Shown here: in pieces, positions 34,861 through 49,846 of the stretch
Layout: each line of letters starts with the position of its first letter
Numbering within the stretch: the stretch's first letter is position 1
From: Eukaryota sp. GEM-RC1
Taxonomy: Eukaryota
Assembly: GCA_040285855.1 (NCBI GenBank)
Contig: JAUFOQ010000001.1
Coordinates: forward strand, 1,550,001 to 1,614,000
Length of the DNA: 64,000 nucleotides
Direction of reading: 5' to 3'
Notes under the pieces: model-generated
Databases searched by the model: none
What the model saw: only the letters and a program-made list of their open reading frames with translations
Told to the model about the DNA's origin: nothing
Position numbers and translations under genes: made by a program

Positions 34861-35823
34861 TAGTATATAAATTTATACTATCATTTGGTCATTTTTCCTT
34901 TTAATTTGTATTCCTGTTTTAGAGTACTACTTACACTTCATCACAACTCCGCAGATTTCAAACATCAATAGATAGTATGTAATAACAAACATGTGTACAA
35001 TCATAAACCCTTCGTTAGTAACTATAATAGTAAAGACATAATTTTTAAAAATGTAATAAATTACAGAGTCAAAAAATGGATAACATAAAACAACACCTAT
35101 CACTATCATTTACTAGCACAGCTCTATTTTCATAAAAGTGATTGCTAATAAAGCAGTGAAGAAGAACATGTGAATTGTTATAACAACTGCAACAAAAATA
35201 CGAATCAACCATACTATGTGATTAAAACGGTTTTTCTTCCTCCTTTTACGATTCTTCCGAAATCATTTAACAATTTCAATGCACTTTTTCCTGAATCATA
35301 TTAAATTGATACATCAAAATGAATGATACAATTTATAGTCAACATGTTTTAATTGTTTGAGATCTATCAATGATTTTTGGTGTTTGTAAAAACCTTGTAT
35401 CTTGTTTAACAACTACAACAAAACAGTCGGAACTGATTTGCAAACCAATTCTTCTACACAGAGAAAACGGACTACGATGAAACCACAATGAAGCAAAAAA
35501 TTCTCTCATTCTAACAGAACAAATCGCAACAATTTTTAAATAGCTATACCAGCACGTTGAGGCGCTATCACATAACGTTTAATTTCATTTATGTTGCTAC
35601 ATCAAATGCAGGTAATAATGGGAGTGTAACCGAGGAATTCTGTGATATTGTTTGATAATCATGTCGTGATCAAAAGATAATCATACGGTATAAACAACAC
35701 TTGCTTTACACCCTTTGCCGATAGATAGATCGCTAAGCTTGTCGGCTATAATTGTCTATCAACTCAGTAACATCACCTGAGATGAATAACTGATATATTT
35801 TTTGTTTAGCCTTATGATGAATT

Positions 35824-36406
35824 AAAGTCTGTTTGTTTGGTAGTTCCAGTGGAAGTGAAGGCCATATTTCATTGACTGAAGTTTGAAAAATTACTTGTTC
35901 CATAACTAAAATCAATTTCAGACAAAACAGTATTGACAGATCGGCCATTCCATCATTGACTGACGTATTGAAAGTTAATGGTACAATAGCCGACATTGAG
36001 CTTATCGATCATTTTAATTTGTCCACTCAAGGGTAAAATTAGCTGATATACTAAATTTTGACTTCATGTATTGCCACTATTAGTCTCTACAACAACTATA
36101 CTGGTAGTAATGATGCCATCGCTTTGGCTGACGTATTGGAAATTAATAATTTTATTACTGCAATTATTTTAGGTCGTAGTTGTATTGGTCGTGACGGAAT
36201 TGAGGGGTTGATCAAAGTTCTGACAATCAATGGATCTGTTGTAGACATTACTTTCTGTCTCAACGCTATTGATAATGATGGAGCTAGGGCATTGGCTGTA
36301 GCTGTGATGGATAATGACTGCTAGAATTTATTTGTGTGGTAATCATGTCGATCTTGAAAAGCTGCGAATGATTTGAAATATTTCAGACCATCGTGTTATT
36401 GTTTAA
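35824..36406 (+). pseudogene. RI-like LRR pseudogene, unit 6
   Basis: As unit 5 with additional indels. Confidence 0.75.
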
Positions 36407-37176
36407 ATGCTATATTTTGATTTTCCAGAAATGTTAAATAACTCGTGGTATATCCCACTTCAGTAATATCTCCTTGACTACAGTCATTAACTCAATACTT
36501 ATTGTTCTAATACTCAACCGCTCAAGTTAAAAATGAACCGAACACATTTTCATTGTATTACGTGATTGTATTTTCATGTGTTGTTATTTTACAACTTTAA
36601 CAACAACACTAAGTCTACAATGCCGGTTATATCCTAACTTATCACAAGCAAAGGAGAAAATTAATGTAAGTGACGGTTGTGGCGGGTTTTGCTATAGGAT
36701 GTGTCTAGAACTCTTATGACAGTATGTACGATATCTTTTAAAATAAACATTGTGAATGTTTTATTCACTCTTTGTGTTGCGCTCTGAATTTGAAGCCAAA
36801 AATTAAGGAGTTGTGAACGTGCTTACTGCTTATGCACTTAGATAAGAGATCGGTCGGTGGAGAACCAAGGATCGAACAACATAAGTTTGGTCATGACAGA
36901 ATTAGCCATAAAACGAGGGGAATCTGCATGTTGATTGTTGGTATTTTCCACTACTACAACGAATAAAAATAAGCGTTGTTTGTGAGCACAAGAAAAATTA
37001 CTCAAAACAACTCCTGAACTTTCCAGACAAGTGTGTAAGCCACTGAAACTAACAAACTGTCTTGTAGGCGATGGAACCTCCAGAGGAGCAAAGTTTTCGT
37101 ATCAACACAAACACGTCACTTTGAAAACACGTAGTTCTGGGAAGTACGAAATTTAAATCCTTCAGTACACATTCTG

Positions 37177-39002
37177 ATGAAACGTCTTTGTTCTTTAACA
37201 AACGATTCTTCTGAAGCTCAAATCCACATTCCTAAAACCAAGACGTGGAATGGAGACACTAACGTATCAGAAGATGCCATGACTGAGTTTTCCACCTTGC
37301 TGCTCCTGGATAAAGCCTTGATGCTGTCACCCGAAGCCAAGAAGCTGAAACAATATCCCTCCGAGCAACTTGAACAGATCAAAGAATCCTTAGCCAAGGT
37401 GATGATGTACTGCGAGTCTCTTCATGGAAGTAACCAAAAGCTCTTTTCTCTCAGGGTGATACAGTTCATGGTTTACCAGCGGGCAGTCAAGGGAGTTGGT
37501 CAACGTAGTCGTCTTGGGTTTTCCTTCCTCTTCACTCAGCTCTATCCCCGTTTTCCACAAACCTGTATGTCTCTCTTAGATCTGGTGGTGTCTAAATACG
37601 GCTCTTTTGCGGATGTTAATTGTCTCTCTTCTTGGTTTGCTCAGAACAATGACACAGAAGGAATGAAGAAACTGGCCGAATTCTATGCTAAGCATGTCCA
37701 AGCTGATCTCCAAAAGCTCCTTGAACCAGTGGATCCTTCAGCACTTAGCCATGGAGAATTGCTTGACGAGTTAAAGAAGTGTATGGACTCACCAAAGGCC
37801 AACGTAAGTGTTTCACTCATTGGGAAGTGGCTACCAAGAAGAGGACATTGCTTTGAGAGCTTTCGGTTTTACGTTATGGATGCTTTATGGAACACCAATT
37901 TTTCAGAGGAAAAGCTCAACTCTCGAAGAAACTTTGCTTTTTCGAGAAGCTTTACAGAGTTATATGTTCTTGCCTCAACAAGCACTTAAAGACCGTGGAA
38001 ACTTTAATGTGCAGTAAGAACTTTAGCTCCATTGTTCCTGCTCATGTACCTGCCGTGGCTCTTACGAAGATGAGGAAAGCATTTCTAAATGAGCTTGTCG
38101 AGGAACCAGTGCCTAGTCACATGATCGAAACAGGAAACAGGCATCCAGACGACTTGGACAGAGTGACTTGTCGGCAGAACTTTAAGATGTGTGTGGAGAA
38201 AGGAGAAGTCAAAGGTTCAGCACAAGATGTTCAGTCTCTGTCGAAGTTGATCTTTAACCGCAGCCAACAGTCTGAATTGGAACAGCAGCTCATCAATAGC
38301 CAATGGCAAGCCATCAGAACTGAATTGGACGAACTTATTGCTGAAACTGAGAATGGCCGCCATGTGCTTCCAGTTATTGATGTTAGTGGATCAATGAGAT
38401 GTTATAATGTGATGAACATTGCCATTGGTCTTGGAGTGTTGTGCTCTCAGTTATCCACAATTCCAAATCACTTCATCACCTTCCATGAGTCTCCTTCTGT
38501 GGTTAAGCTTGATCCCAGTGCTGACATCTTTTCTGTATTTAACACTGTGCGGGCTGCTAAATGGGGAGGAAGCACTAACATGGATGGAACTTGTGATTTG
38601 GTTCTGGAGCTGCTGGCCAGTAACAACATCCCAAATGACTATGTGTTCACCATTATGATCCTTACTGATGGTCAGTTCAACCAAATGATTAACGACAACT
38701 CAACCTTCTATGATCGAATGAAGAGAAAGTTTGAAGCTGCTGGTTATCCTCTCCCTCGAATTGTCTTCTGGAATTTGAACTCTAGCTCTCCCGGTTTTCC
38801 AGTGCACGGAAAGCAAGAAGGAGTTCAAATGGTGTCTGGTTATAGCCAAACATTGTTGCAACAGGTACTATCTCAGGATTTTACCTTGGAGACCGTACAA
38901 TCTCTTACTCCAGAACAGACACTACGAGATGCATTGGAGAGCTTTTTAGATGTAGAAGAATGCGTCTTGAAGGTTGGGGAAGGAATTTTTGATAGTATAT
39001 AA
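37177..39002 (+). CDS. DUF2828-like/vWA copy 6 (-1 A at 37910-37913; pseudogene or sequencing error)
   Basis: Two overlapping ORFs joined by a homopolymer frameshift. Confidence 0.75.
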
Positions 39003-39999
39003 ATTTATACTATCATTTGGTCATTTTTTCCTTTTAATTTGTATTCCTGTTTTAGAGTACTACTTACACTTCATCACAACTCCGCAGATTTCAAACATCA
39101 ATAGATAGTATGTAATAACAAACATGTGTACAATCATAAACCCTTCGTTAGTAACTATAATAGTAAAGACATAATTTTTTAAAAATGTAATAAATTACAG
39201 AGTCAAAAAATGGATAACATAAAACAACACCTATCACTATCATTTACTAGCACAGCTCTATTTTCATAAAAGTGATTGCTAATAAAGCAGTGAAGAAGAA
39301 CATGTGAATTGTTATAACAACTGCAACAAAAATACGAATCAACCATACTATGTGATTAAAACGGTTTTTCTTCCTCCTTTTACGATTCTTCCGAAATCAT
39401 TTAACAATTTCAATGCACTTTTTCCTGAATCATATTAAATTGATACATCAAAATGAATGATACAATTTATAGTCAACATGGTTTATGTTTGTTTAAGAGC
39501 TATCAATGGTTTTTGCTGTTTGCAAAAACCTTGTATCCTGTTTGACATCTACAAAAAAACAGTCGGAACGGATTTGCTAAGCAATTCTTCTACATAGAGC
39601 AAACCGACTACGTTGAAACCACAATGAAGCAAAAAATTCTCTCATTCTAACGGAACAAATCGGAACAATGTTTAAATAGATATACCAGCATGTTGAGGCG
39701 CTATGACACAACTTTTAATTTCATTTATGTTGCTACATTAAATGCAGGTAATAGCCCTCCGGGATGCATAGAAAGATATGTATTATCTTTTGTCCTGTAA
39801 TCCAGCATTGTTTTTGGTGGAAGAGAAACAAATTTTAAAGGTCAAAGTGACGTTTGGTGGGTGCTTGCAAAACTATTAATGACGGCTTTGAGACTTGGTG
39901 AGGGCTCGCTAAGCTTGTAGGCTACAATTGTGTATCAACTCACTAACATCACCTGAGATGAATAACTGATATATTTTTGTTTAGCCTTATGATGAATTT

Positions 40000-40581
40000 A
40001 AAGTCTGTTTGTTTGGTAGTTCCAGTGGAAGTGAAGACAATATCTCATTGACCGAAGTTTGAAAAATTACTTGTTCCATAACTAAAATCAATTTCAGACA
40101 AAACAGTATTGACAGATCGGCCATTCCATCATTGACTGACGTATTGAAAGTTAATGGTACAATAGCCGACATTGAGCTTATCAATCATTTTAATTTGTCC
40201 ACTCAAGGGGTAATACTAGCTGATATACTAAATTTTGACTCATGTATTACCACTATTAGTCTCTACAACAACGATCCTGGTAGTAATGGTGCCATCGCTT
40301 TGGCTGACGTATTGAAAATTAATAATTTTATTACTGCAATTATTTTAGGTCGTAGTTGTATTGGTCGCGAAGGAATTGAGGGGTTTGTCAAAGTTTTGAC
40401 AATCAATGGATCTGTTGTAGACATTATTTTCAGTCACAACGCTATTGATAATGATCGAGCTAGGGCATTGGCTGTAGCTGTGATGGATAATGACTGCTAG
40501 AATTAATTTGTGTAGTAATCATGTTGATCTTGAAAACTGCGAATGATTTGAAATCTTTCAGACCATCGTGTTATTGTTTAA
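40000..40581 (+). pseudogene. RI-like LRR pseudogene, unit 7
   Basis: LRR consensus with stops. Confidence 0.75.
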
Positions 40582-41366
40582 ATGCCGAATTTTGATTTTC
40601 CAGAAATGTTGAATAACTCGTGATATATCCCACTTCAGTAATATCTCCTTGACTACAGTCCTTAACTCAAAGCATATCGTTCTAATACTCAAACGCTCAA
40701 GTTAAGAAATGCAAACCTAACACATTTTCATTGTATTACGTGATTGTATTTTCATGTGTTGTTATTTTGCAACTTCAATAACAACACTAAGTCTACAATG
40801 CCGGCTCTATCCTTACATAACACAAGCAAAGGATGAAAAGAGAAGATTAATGTAAGTGACGTGTTTGTGTCGGGTTTTGCTATAGAGTGTGTCTAGAACT
40901 CTTATGACAGTGTGTACGATATCTCCTAAAATACACATTGTGAATGTATGTATTCACTGTTTGTGTTGCGCTCTGACTTTGAAGCCAAAAATTAAGCAGT
41001 TGTGAACGTGCTTACTGATTATGCACTTAGATAAGAGATCGGTCGGTGGAGAACCAATGATCGAACATCGTAAGTTTGGTCATGACAGAATTAGTCATAA
41101 ACCGAGGGGAATCTGGATGTTGATTGTTGGTATTTCCCACTACTACAACGAATAAAAATAAGCGTTGTTTGTGAGCACAAGAAAAATTACTCAAAAACAA
41201 CTCCTGAACTTTCCAGACAAGTGTGTAAGCCACTGAAACTAACAAACTGTCTTGTAGGCGATGGAACCTCCAGAGGAGCAAAGTTTTCGTATCAACACAA
41301 ACACGTCACTTTGAAAACACGTAGTTCTGGGAAGTACGAAATTTAAATCCTTCAGTACACATTCTG

Positions 41367-43190
41367 ATGAAACGTCTTTGTTCTTTAACAAACGATTCTT
41401 CTGAAGCTCAAATCCACATTCCTAAAACCAAGACGTGGAATGGAGACACTAACGTATCAGAAGATGCCATGACTGAGTTTTCCACCTTGCTGCTCCTGGA
41501 TAAAGCCTTGATGCTGTCACCCGAAGCCAAGAAGCTGAAACAATATCCCTCCGAGCAACTTGAACAGATCAAAGAATCCTTAGCCAAGGTGATGATGTAC
41601 TGCGAGTCTCTTCATGGAAGTAACCAAAAGCTCTTTTCTCTCAGGGTGATACAGTTCATGGTTTACCAGCGGGCAGTCAAGGGAGTTGGTCAACGTAGTC
41701 GTCTTGGGTTTTCCTTCCTCTTCACTCAGCTCTATCCCCGTTTTCCACAAACCTGTATGTCTCTCTTAGATCTGGTGGTGTCTAAATACGGCTCTTTGCG
41801 GATGTTAATTGTCTCTCTTCTTGGTTTGCTCAGAACAATGACACAGAAGGAATGAAGAAACTGGCCGAATTCTGTGCTAAGCATGTCCAAGCTGATCTCC
41901 AAAAGCTCCTTGAACCAGTGGATCCTTCAGCACTTAGCCATGGAGAATTGCTTGACGAGTTAAAGAAGTGTATGGACTCACCAAAGGCCAACGTAAGTGT
42001 TTCACTCATTGGGAAGTGGCTACCAAGAAGAGGACATTGCTTTGAGAGCTTTCGGTTTTACGTTATGGATGCTTTATGGAACACCAATTTTTCAGAGGAA
42101 AAGCTCAACTCTCGAAGAAACTTTGCTTTTTCGAGAAGCTTTACAGAGTTGTATGTTCTTGCCTCAACAAGCACTTAAAGACCGTGGAAACTTTAATGTG
42201 CAGTAAGAACTTTAGCTCCATTGTTCCTGCTCATGTACCTGCCGTGGCTCTTACGAAGATGAGGAAAGCATTTCTAAATGAGCTTGTCGAGGAACCAGTG
42301 CCTAGTCACATGATCGAAACAGGAAACAGGCATCCAGACGACTTGGACAGAGTGACTTGTCGGCAGAACTTTAAGATGTGTGTGGAGAAAGGAGAAGTCA
42401 AAGGTTCAGCACAAGATGTTCAGTCTCTGTCGAAGTTGATCTTTAACCGCAGCCAACAGTCTGAATTGGAACAGCAGCTCATCAATAGCCAATGGCAAGC
42501 CATCAGAACTGAATTGGACGAACTTATTGCTGAAACTGAGAATGGCCGCCATGTGCTTCCAGTTATTGATGTTAGTGGATCAATGAGATGTTATAATGTG
42601 ATGAACATTGCCATTGGTCTTGGAGTGTTGTGCTCTCAGTTATCCACAATTCCAAATCACTTCATCACCTTCCATGAGTCTCCTTCTGTGGTTAAGCTTG
42701 ATCCCAGTGCTGACATCTTTTCTGTATTTAACACTGTGCGGGCTGCTAAATGGGGAGGAAGCACTAACATGGATGGAACTTGTGATTTGGTTCTGGAGCT
42801 GCTGGCCAGTAACAACATCCCAAATGACTATGTGTTCACCATTATGATCCTTACTGATGGTCAGTTCAACCAAATGATTAACGACAACTCAACCTTCTAT
42901 GATCGAATGAAGAGAAAGTTTGAAGCTGCTGGTTATCCTCTCCCTCGAATTGTCTTCTGGAATTTGAACTCTAGCTCTCCCGGTTTTCCAGTGCACGGAA
43001 AGCAAGAAGGAGTTCAAATGGTGTCTGGTTATAGCCAAACATTGTTGCAACAGGTACTATCTCAGGATTTTACCTTGGAGACCGTACAATCTCTTACTCC
43101 AGAACAGACACTACGAGATGCATTGGAGAGCTTTTTAGATGTAGAAGAATGCGTCTTGAAGATTGGGAAGGAATTTTTGATAGTATATAA
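41367..43190 (+). CDS. DUF2828-like/vWA copy 7 (three -1 homopolymer frameshifts at ~41796, ~42100, ~43166)
   Basis: Three ORF pieces that together give the full protein. Confidence 0.7.
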
Positions 43191-44185
43191 ATTTATACTA
43201 TCATTTGGTCATTTTTCCTTTTAATTTGTATTCCTGTTTTAGAGTACTACTTACACTTCATCACAACTCCGCAGATTTCAAACATCAATAGATAGTATGT
43301 AATAACAAACATGTGTACAATCATAAACCCTTCGTTAGTAACTATAATAGTAAAGACATAATTTTTTAAAAATGTAATAAATTACAGAGTCAAAAATGGA
43401 TAACATAAAACAACACCTATCACTATCATTTACTAGCACAGCTCTATTTTCATAAAAGTGATTGCTAATAAAGCAGTGAAGAAGAACATGTGAATTGTTA
43501 TAACAACTGCAACAAAAATACGAATCAACCATACTATGTGATTAAAACGGTTTTTCTTCCTCCTTTTACGATTCTTCCGAAATCATTTAACAATTTCAAT
43601 GCACTTTTTCCTGAATCATATTAAATTGATACATCAAAATGAATGATACAATTTATAGTCAACATGGTTTATGTTTGTTTAAGAGCTATCAATGGTTTTT
43701 GCTGTTTGCAAAAACCTTGTATCCTGTTTGACATCTACAAAAAAACAGTCGGAACGGATTTGCTAAGCAATTCTTCTACATAGAGCAAACCGACTACGTT
43801 GAAACCACAATGAAGCAAAAAATTCTCTCATTCTAACGGAACAAATCGGAACAATGTTTAAATAGATATACCAGCATGTTGAGGCGCTATGACACAACTT
43901 TTAATTTCATTTATGTTGCTACATTAAATGCAGGTAATAGCCCTCCGGGATGCATAGAAAGATATGTATTATCTTTTGTCCTGTAATCCAGCATTGTTTT
44001 TGGTGGAAGAGAAACAAATTTTAAAGGTCAAAGTGACGTTTGGTGGGTGCTTGCAAAACTATTAATGACGGCTTTGAGACTTGGTGAGGGCTCGCTAAGC
44101 TTGTAGGCTACAATTGTGTATCAACTCACTAACATCACCTGAGATGAATAACTGATATATTTTTGTTTAGCCTTATGATGAATTT

Positions 44186-44768
44186 AAAGTCTGTTTGTTT
44201 GGTAGTTCCAGTGGAAGTGAAGACAATATCTCATTGACTGAAGTTTGAAAAATTACTTGTTCCATAACTAAAATCAATTTCAGACAAAACAGTATTGACA
44301 GATCGGCCATTCCATCATTGACTGACGTATTGAAAGTTAATGGTACAATAGCCGACATTGAGCTTATCAATCATTTTAATTTGTCCACTCAAGGGGTAAT
44401 ATTAGCTGATATACTAAATTTTGACTCATGTATTACCACTATTAGTCTCTACAACAACGATCCTGGTAGTAATGGTGCCATCGCTTTGGCTGACGTATTC
44501 GAAAATTAATAATTTTATTACTGCAATTATTTTAGGTCGTAGTTGTATTGGTCGCGAAGGAATTGAGGGGTTTGTCAAAGTTTTGACAATCAATGGATCT
44601 GTTGTAGACATTATTTTCAGTCACAACGCTATTGATAATGATCGAGCTAGGGCATTGGCTGTAGCTGTGATGGATAATGACTGCTAGAATTAATTTGTGT
44701 AGTAATCATGTTGATCTTGAAAACTGCGAATGATTTGAAATCTTTCAGACCATCGTGTTATTGTTTAA
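44186..44768 (+). pseudogene. RI-like LRR pseudogene, unit 8
   Basis: As unit 7. Confidence 0.75.
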
Positions 44769-45554
44769 ATGCCGAATTTTGATTTTCCAGAAATGTTGAA
44801 TAACTCGTGATATATCCCACTTCAGTAATATCTCCTTGACTACAGTCCTTAACTCAAAGCATATCGTTCTAATACTCAAACGCTCAAGTTAAGAAATGCA
44901 AACCTAACACATTTTCATTGTATTACGTGATTGTATTTTCATGTGTTGTTATTTTGCAACTTCAATAACAACACTAAGTCTACAATGCCGGCTCTATCCT
45001 TACATAACACAAGCAAAGGATGAAAAGAGAAGATTAATGTAAGTGACGTGTTTGTGTCGGGTTTTGCTATAGAGTGTGTCTAGAACTCTAATGACAGTGT
45101 GAACGATATCTCCTAAAATACACATTGTGAATGTATGTATTCACTGTTTGTGTTGCGCTCTGACTTTGAAGCCAAAAATTAAGCAGTTGTGAACGTGCTT
45201 ACTGATTATGCACTTAGATAAGAGATCGGTCGGTGGAGAACCAATGATCGAACATCGTAAGTTTGGTCATGACAGAATTAGTCATAAACCGAGGGGAATC
45301 TGGATGTTGATTGTTGGTATTTCCCACTACTACAACGAATAAAAATAAGCGTTGTTTGTGAGCACAAGAAAAATTACTCAAAAACCACTTCTGAACTTTT
45401 CCAGACAAGTGTGTAAGCCACTGAAACTAACAAACTGTCTTGTAGGCGATGGAACCTACAGAGGAGCAAAGTTTTCATATCAACACAAACACGTCACTTT
45501 GAAAACACGTAGTTCTGGGAAGTACGAAATTTAAATCATTCAGTACACATTCTG

Positions 45555-47380
45555 ATGAAACGTCTTTGTTCTTTAACAAACGATTCTTCTGAAGCTCAAA
45601 TCCACATTCCTAAAACCAAGACGTGGAATGGAGACACTAACGTATCAGAAGATGCCATGACTGAGTTTTCCACCTTGCTGCTCCTGGATAAAGCATTGAT
45701 GCTGTCACCCGAAGCCAAGAAGCTGAAACAATATCCTTCCGAGCAACTTGAACAGATCAAAGAATCCTTAGCCAAGGTGATGATGTACTGCGAGTCTCTT
45801 CATGGAAGTAACCAAAAGCTCTTTTCTCTCAGGGTGATACAGTTCATGGTTTACCAGCGGGCAGTCAAGGGAGTTGGTCAACGTAGTCGTCTTGGGTTTT
45901 CCTTCCTCTTCACTCAGCTCTATCCCCGTTTTCCACAAACCTGTATGTCTCTCTTAGATCTGGTGGTGTCTAAATACGGCTCTTTGCGGATGTTAATTGT
46001 CTCTCTTCTTGGTTTGCTCAGAACAATGACACAGAAGGAATGAAGAAACTGGCCGAATTCTGTGCTAAGCATGTCCAAGCTGATCTCCAAAAGCTCCTTG
46101 AACCAGTGGATCCTTCAGCACTTAGCCATGGAGAATTGCTTGACGAGTTAAAGAAGTGTATGGACTCACCAAAGGCCAACGTAAGTGTTTCACTCATTGG
46201 GAAGTGGCTACCAAGAAGAGGACATTGCTTTGAGAGCTTTCGGTTTAACGTTATGGATGCTTTATGGAACACCAATTTTTCAGAGGAAAAAGCTCAACTC
46301 TCGAAGAAACTTTGCTTTTTCGAGAAGCTTTACAGAGTTGTATGTTCTTGCCTCAACAAGCACTTAAAGACCGTGGAAACTTTAATGTGCAGTAAGAACT
46401 TTAGCTCCATTGTTCCTGCTCTTGTACCTGCCGTGGCTCTTACGAAGATGAGGAAAGCATTTCTAAATGAGCTTGTCGAGGAACCAGTGCCTAGTCACAT
46501 GATCGAAACAGGAAACAGGCATCCAGACGACTTGGACAGAGTGACTTGTCGGCAGAACTTTAAGATGTGTGTGGAGAAAGGAGAAGTCAAAGGTTCAGCA
46601 CAAGATGTTCAGTCTCTGTCGAAGTTGATCTTTAACCGCAGCCAACAGTCTGAATTGGAACAGCAGCTCATCAATAGCCAATGGCAAGCCATCAGAACTG
46701 AATTGGACGAACTTATTGCTGAAACTGAGAATGGCCGCCATGTGCTTCCAGTTATTGATGTTAGTGGATCAATGAGATGTTATAATGTGATGAACATTGC
46801 CATTGGTCTTGGAGTGTTGTGCTCTCAGTTATCCACAATTCCAAATCACTTCATCACCTTCCATGAGTCTCCTTCTGTGGTTAAGCTTGATCCCAGTGCT
46901 GACATCTTTTCTGTATTTAACACTGTGCGGGCTGCTAAATGGGGAGGAAGCACTAACATGGATGGAACTTGTGATTTGGTTCTGGAGCTGCTGGCCAGTA
47001 ACAACATCCCAAATGACTATGTGTTCACCATTATGATCCTTACTGATGGTCAGTTCAACCAAATGATTAACGACAACTCAACCTTCTATGATCGAATGAA
47101 GAGAAAGTTTGAAGCTGCTGGTTATCCTCTCCCTCGAATTGTCTTCTGGAATTTGAACTCTAGCTCTCCCGGTTTTCCAGTGCACGGAAAGCAAGAAGGA
47201 GTTCAAATGGTGTCTGGTTATAGCCAAACATTGTTGCAACAGGTACTATCTCAGGATTTTACCTTGGAGACCGTACAATCTCTTACTCCAGAACAGACAC
47301 TACGAGATGCATTGGAGAGCTTTTTAGATGTAGAAGAATGCGTCTTGAAGGTTGGGGAAGGAATTTTTGATAGTATATAA
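45555..47380 (+). CDS. DUF2828-like/vWA copy 8 (-1 T at ~45984)
   Basis: Two ORF pieces with a homopolymer frameshift. Confidence 0.75.
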
Positions 47381-48377
47381 ATTTATACTATCATTTGGTC
47401 ATTTTTTCCTTTTAATTTGTATTCCTGTTTTAGAGTACTACTTACACTTCATCACAACTCCGCAGATTTCAAACATCAATAGATAGTATGTAATAACAAA
47501 CATGTGTACAATCATAAACCCTTCGTTAGTAACTATAATAGTAAAGACATAATTTTTAAAAATGTAATAAATTACAGAGTCAAAAATGGATAACATAAAA
47601 CAACACCTATCACTATCATTTACTAGCACAGCTCTATTTTCATAAAAGTGATTGCTAATAAAGCAGTGAAGAAGAACATGTGAATTGTTATAACAACTGC
47701 AACAAAAATACGAATCAACCATACTATGTGATTAAAACGGTTTTTCTTCCTCCTTTTACGATTCTTCCGAAATCATTTAACAATTTCAATGCACTTTTTC
47801 CTGAATCATATTAAATTGATACATCAAAATGAATGATACAATTTATAGTCAACATGGTTTATGTTTGTTTAAGAGCTATCAATGGTTTTTGCTGTTTGCA
47901 AAAACCTTGTATCCTGTTTGACATCTACAAAAAAACAGTCGGAACGGATTTGCTAAGCAATTCTTCTACATAGAGCAAACCGACTACGTTGAAACCACAA
48001 TGAAGCAAAAAAATTCTCTCATTCTAACGGAACAAATCGGAACAATGTTTAAATAGATATACCAGCATGTTGAGGCGCTATGACACAACTTTTAATTTCA
48101 TTTATGTTGCTACATTAAATGCAGGTAATAGCCCTCCGGGATGCATAGAAAGATATGTATTATCTTTTGTCCTGTAATCCAGCATTGTTTTTGGTGGAAG
48201 AGAAACAAATTTTAAAGGTCAAAGTGACGTTTGGTGGGTGCTTGCAAAACTATTAATGACGGCTTTGAGACTTGGTGAGGGCTCGCTAAGCTTGTAGGCT
48301 ACAATTGTGTATCAACTCACTAACATCACCTGAGATGAATAACTGATATATTTTTTGTTTAGCCTTATGATGAATTT

Positions 48378-48959
48378 AAAGTCTGTTTGTTTGGTAGTTC
48401 CAGTGGAAGTGAAGACAATATCTCATTGACTGAAGTTTGAAAAATTACTTGTTCCATAACTAAAATCAATTTCAGACAAAACAGTATTGACAGATCGGCC
48501 ATTCCATCATTGACTGACGTATTGAAAGTTAATGGTACAATAGCCGACATTGAGCTTATCAATCATTTTAATTTGTCCACTCAAGGGGTAATATTAGCTG
48601 ATATACTAAATTTTGACTCATGTATTACCACTATTAGTCTCTACAACAACGATCCTGGTAGTAATGGTGCCATCGCTTTGGCTGACGTATTCAAAATTAA
48701 TAATTTTATTACTGCAATTATTTTAGGTCGTAGTTGTATTGGTCGCGAAGGAATTGAGGGGTTTGTCAAAGTTTTGACAATCAATGGATCTGTTGTAGAC
48801 ATTATTTTCAGTCACAACGCTATTGATAATGATCGAGCTAGGGCATTGGCTGTAGCTGTGATGGATAATGACTGCTAGAATTAATTTGTGTAGTAATCAT
48901 GTTGATCTTGAAAACTGCGAATGATTTGAAATCTTTCAGACCATCGTGTTATTGTTTAA
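48378..48959 (+). pseudogene. RI-like LRR pseudogene, unit 9
   Basis: As unit 7. Confidence 0.75.
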
Positions 48960-49846
48960 ATGCCGAATTTTGATTTTCCAGAAATGTTGAATAACTCGTG
49001 ATATATCCCACTTCAGTAATATCTCCTTGACTACAGTCCTTAACTCAAAGCATATCGTTCTAATACTCAAACGCTCAAGTTAAGAAATGCAAACCTAACA
49101 CATTTTCATTGTATTACGTGATTGTATTTTCATGTGTTGTTATTTTGCAACTTCAATAACAACACTAAGTCTACAATGCCGGCTCTATCCTTACATAACA
49201 CAAGCAAAGGATGAAAAGAGAAGATTAATGTAAGTGACGTGTTTGTGTCGGGTTTTGCTATAGAGTGTGTCTAGAACTCTAATGACAGTGTGAACGATAT
49301 CTCCTAAAATACACATTGTGAATGTATGTATTCACTGTTTGTGTTGCGCTCTGACTTTGAAGCCAAAAATTAAGCAGTTGTGAACGTGCTTACTGATTAT
49401 GCACTTAGATAAGAGATCGGTCGGTGGAGAACCAATGATCGAACATCGTAAGTTTGGTCATGACAGAATTAGTCATAAACCGAGGGGAATCTGGATGTTG
49501 ATTGTTGGTATTTCCCACTACTACAACGAATAAAAATAAGCGTTGTTTGTGAGCACAAGAAAAATTACTCAAAAACCACTTCTGAACTTTTCAGACAAGT
49601 GTGTAAGCCACTGAAACTAACAAACTGTCTTGTAGGCGATGGAACCTACAGAGGAGCAAAGTTTTCATATCAACACAAACACGTCACTTTGAAAACACGT
49701 AGTTCTGGGAAGTACGAAATTTAAATCATTCAGTACACATTCTAATCAAACGTCTTTGTTCTTTAACAAACGATTCTTCTGAAGCTCAAATCCACATTCC
49801 TAAAACCAAGACGTGGAATGGAGACACTAACGTATCAGAAGATGCC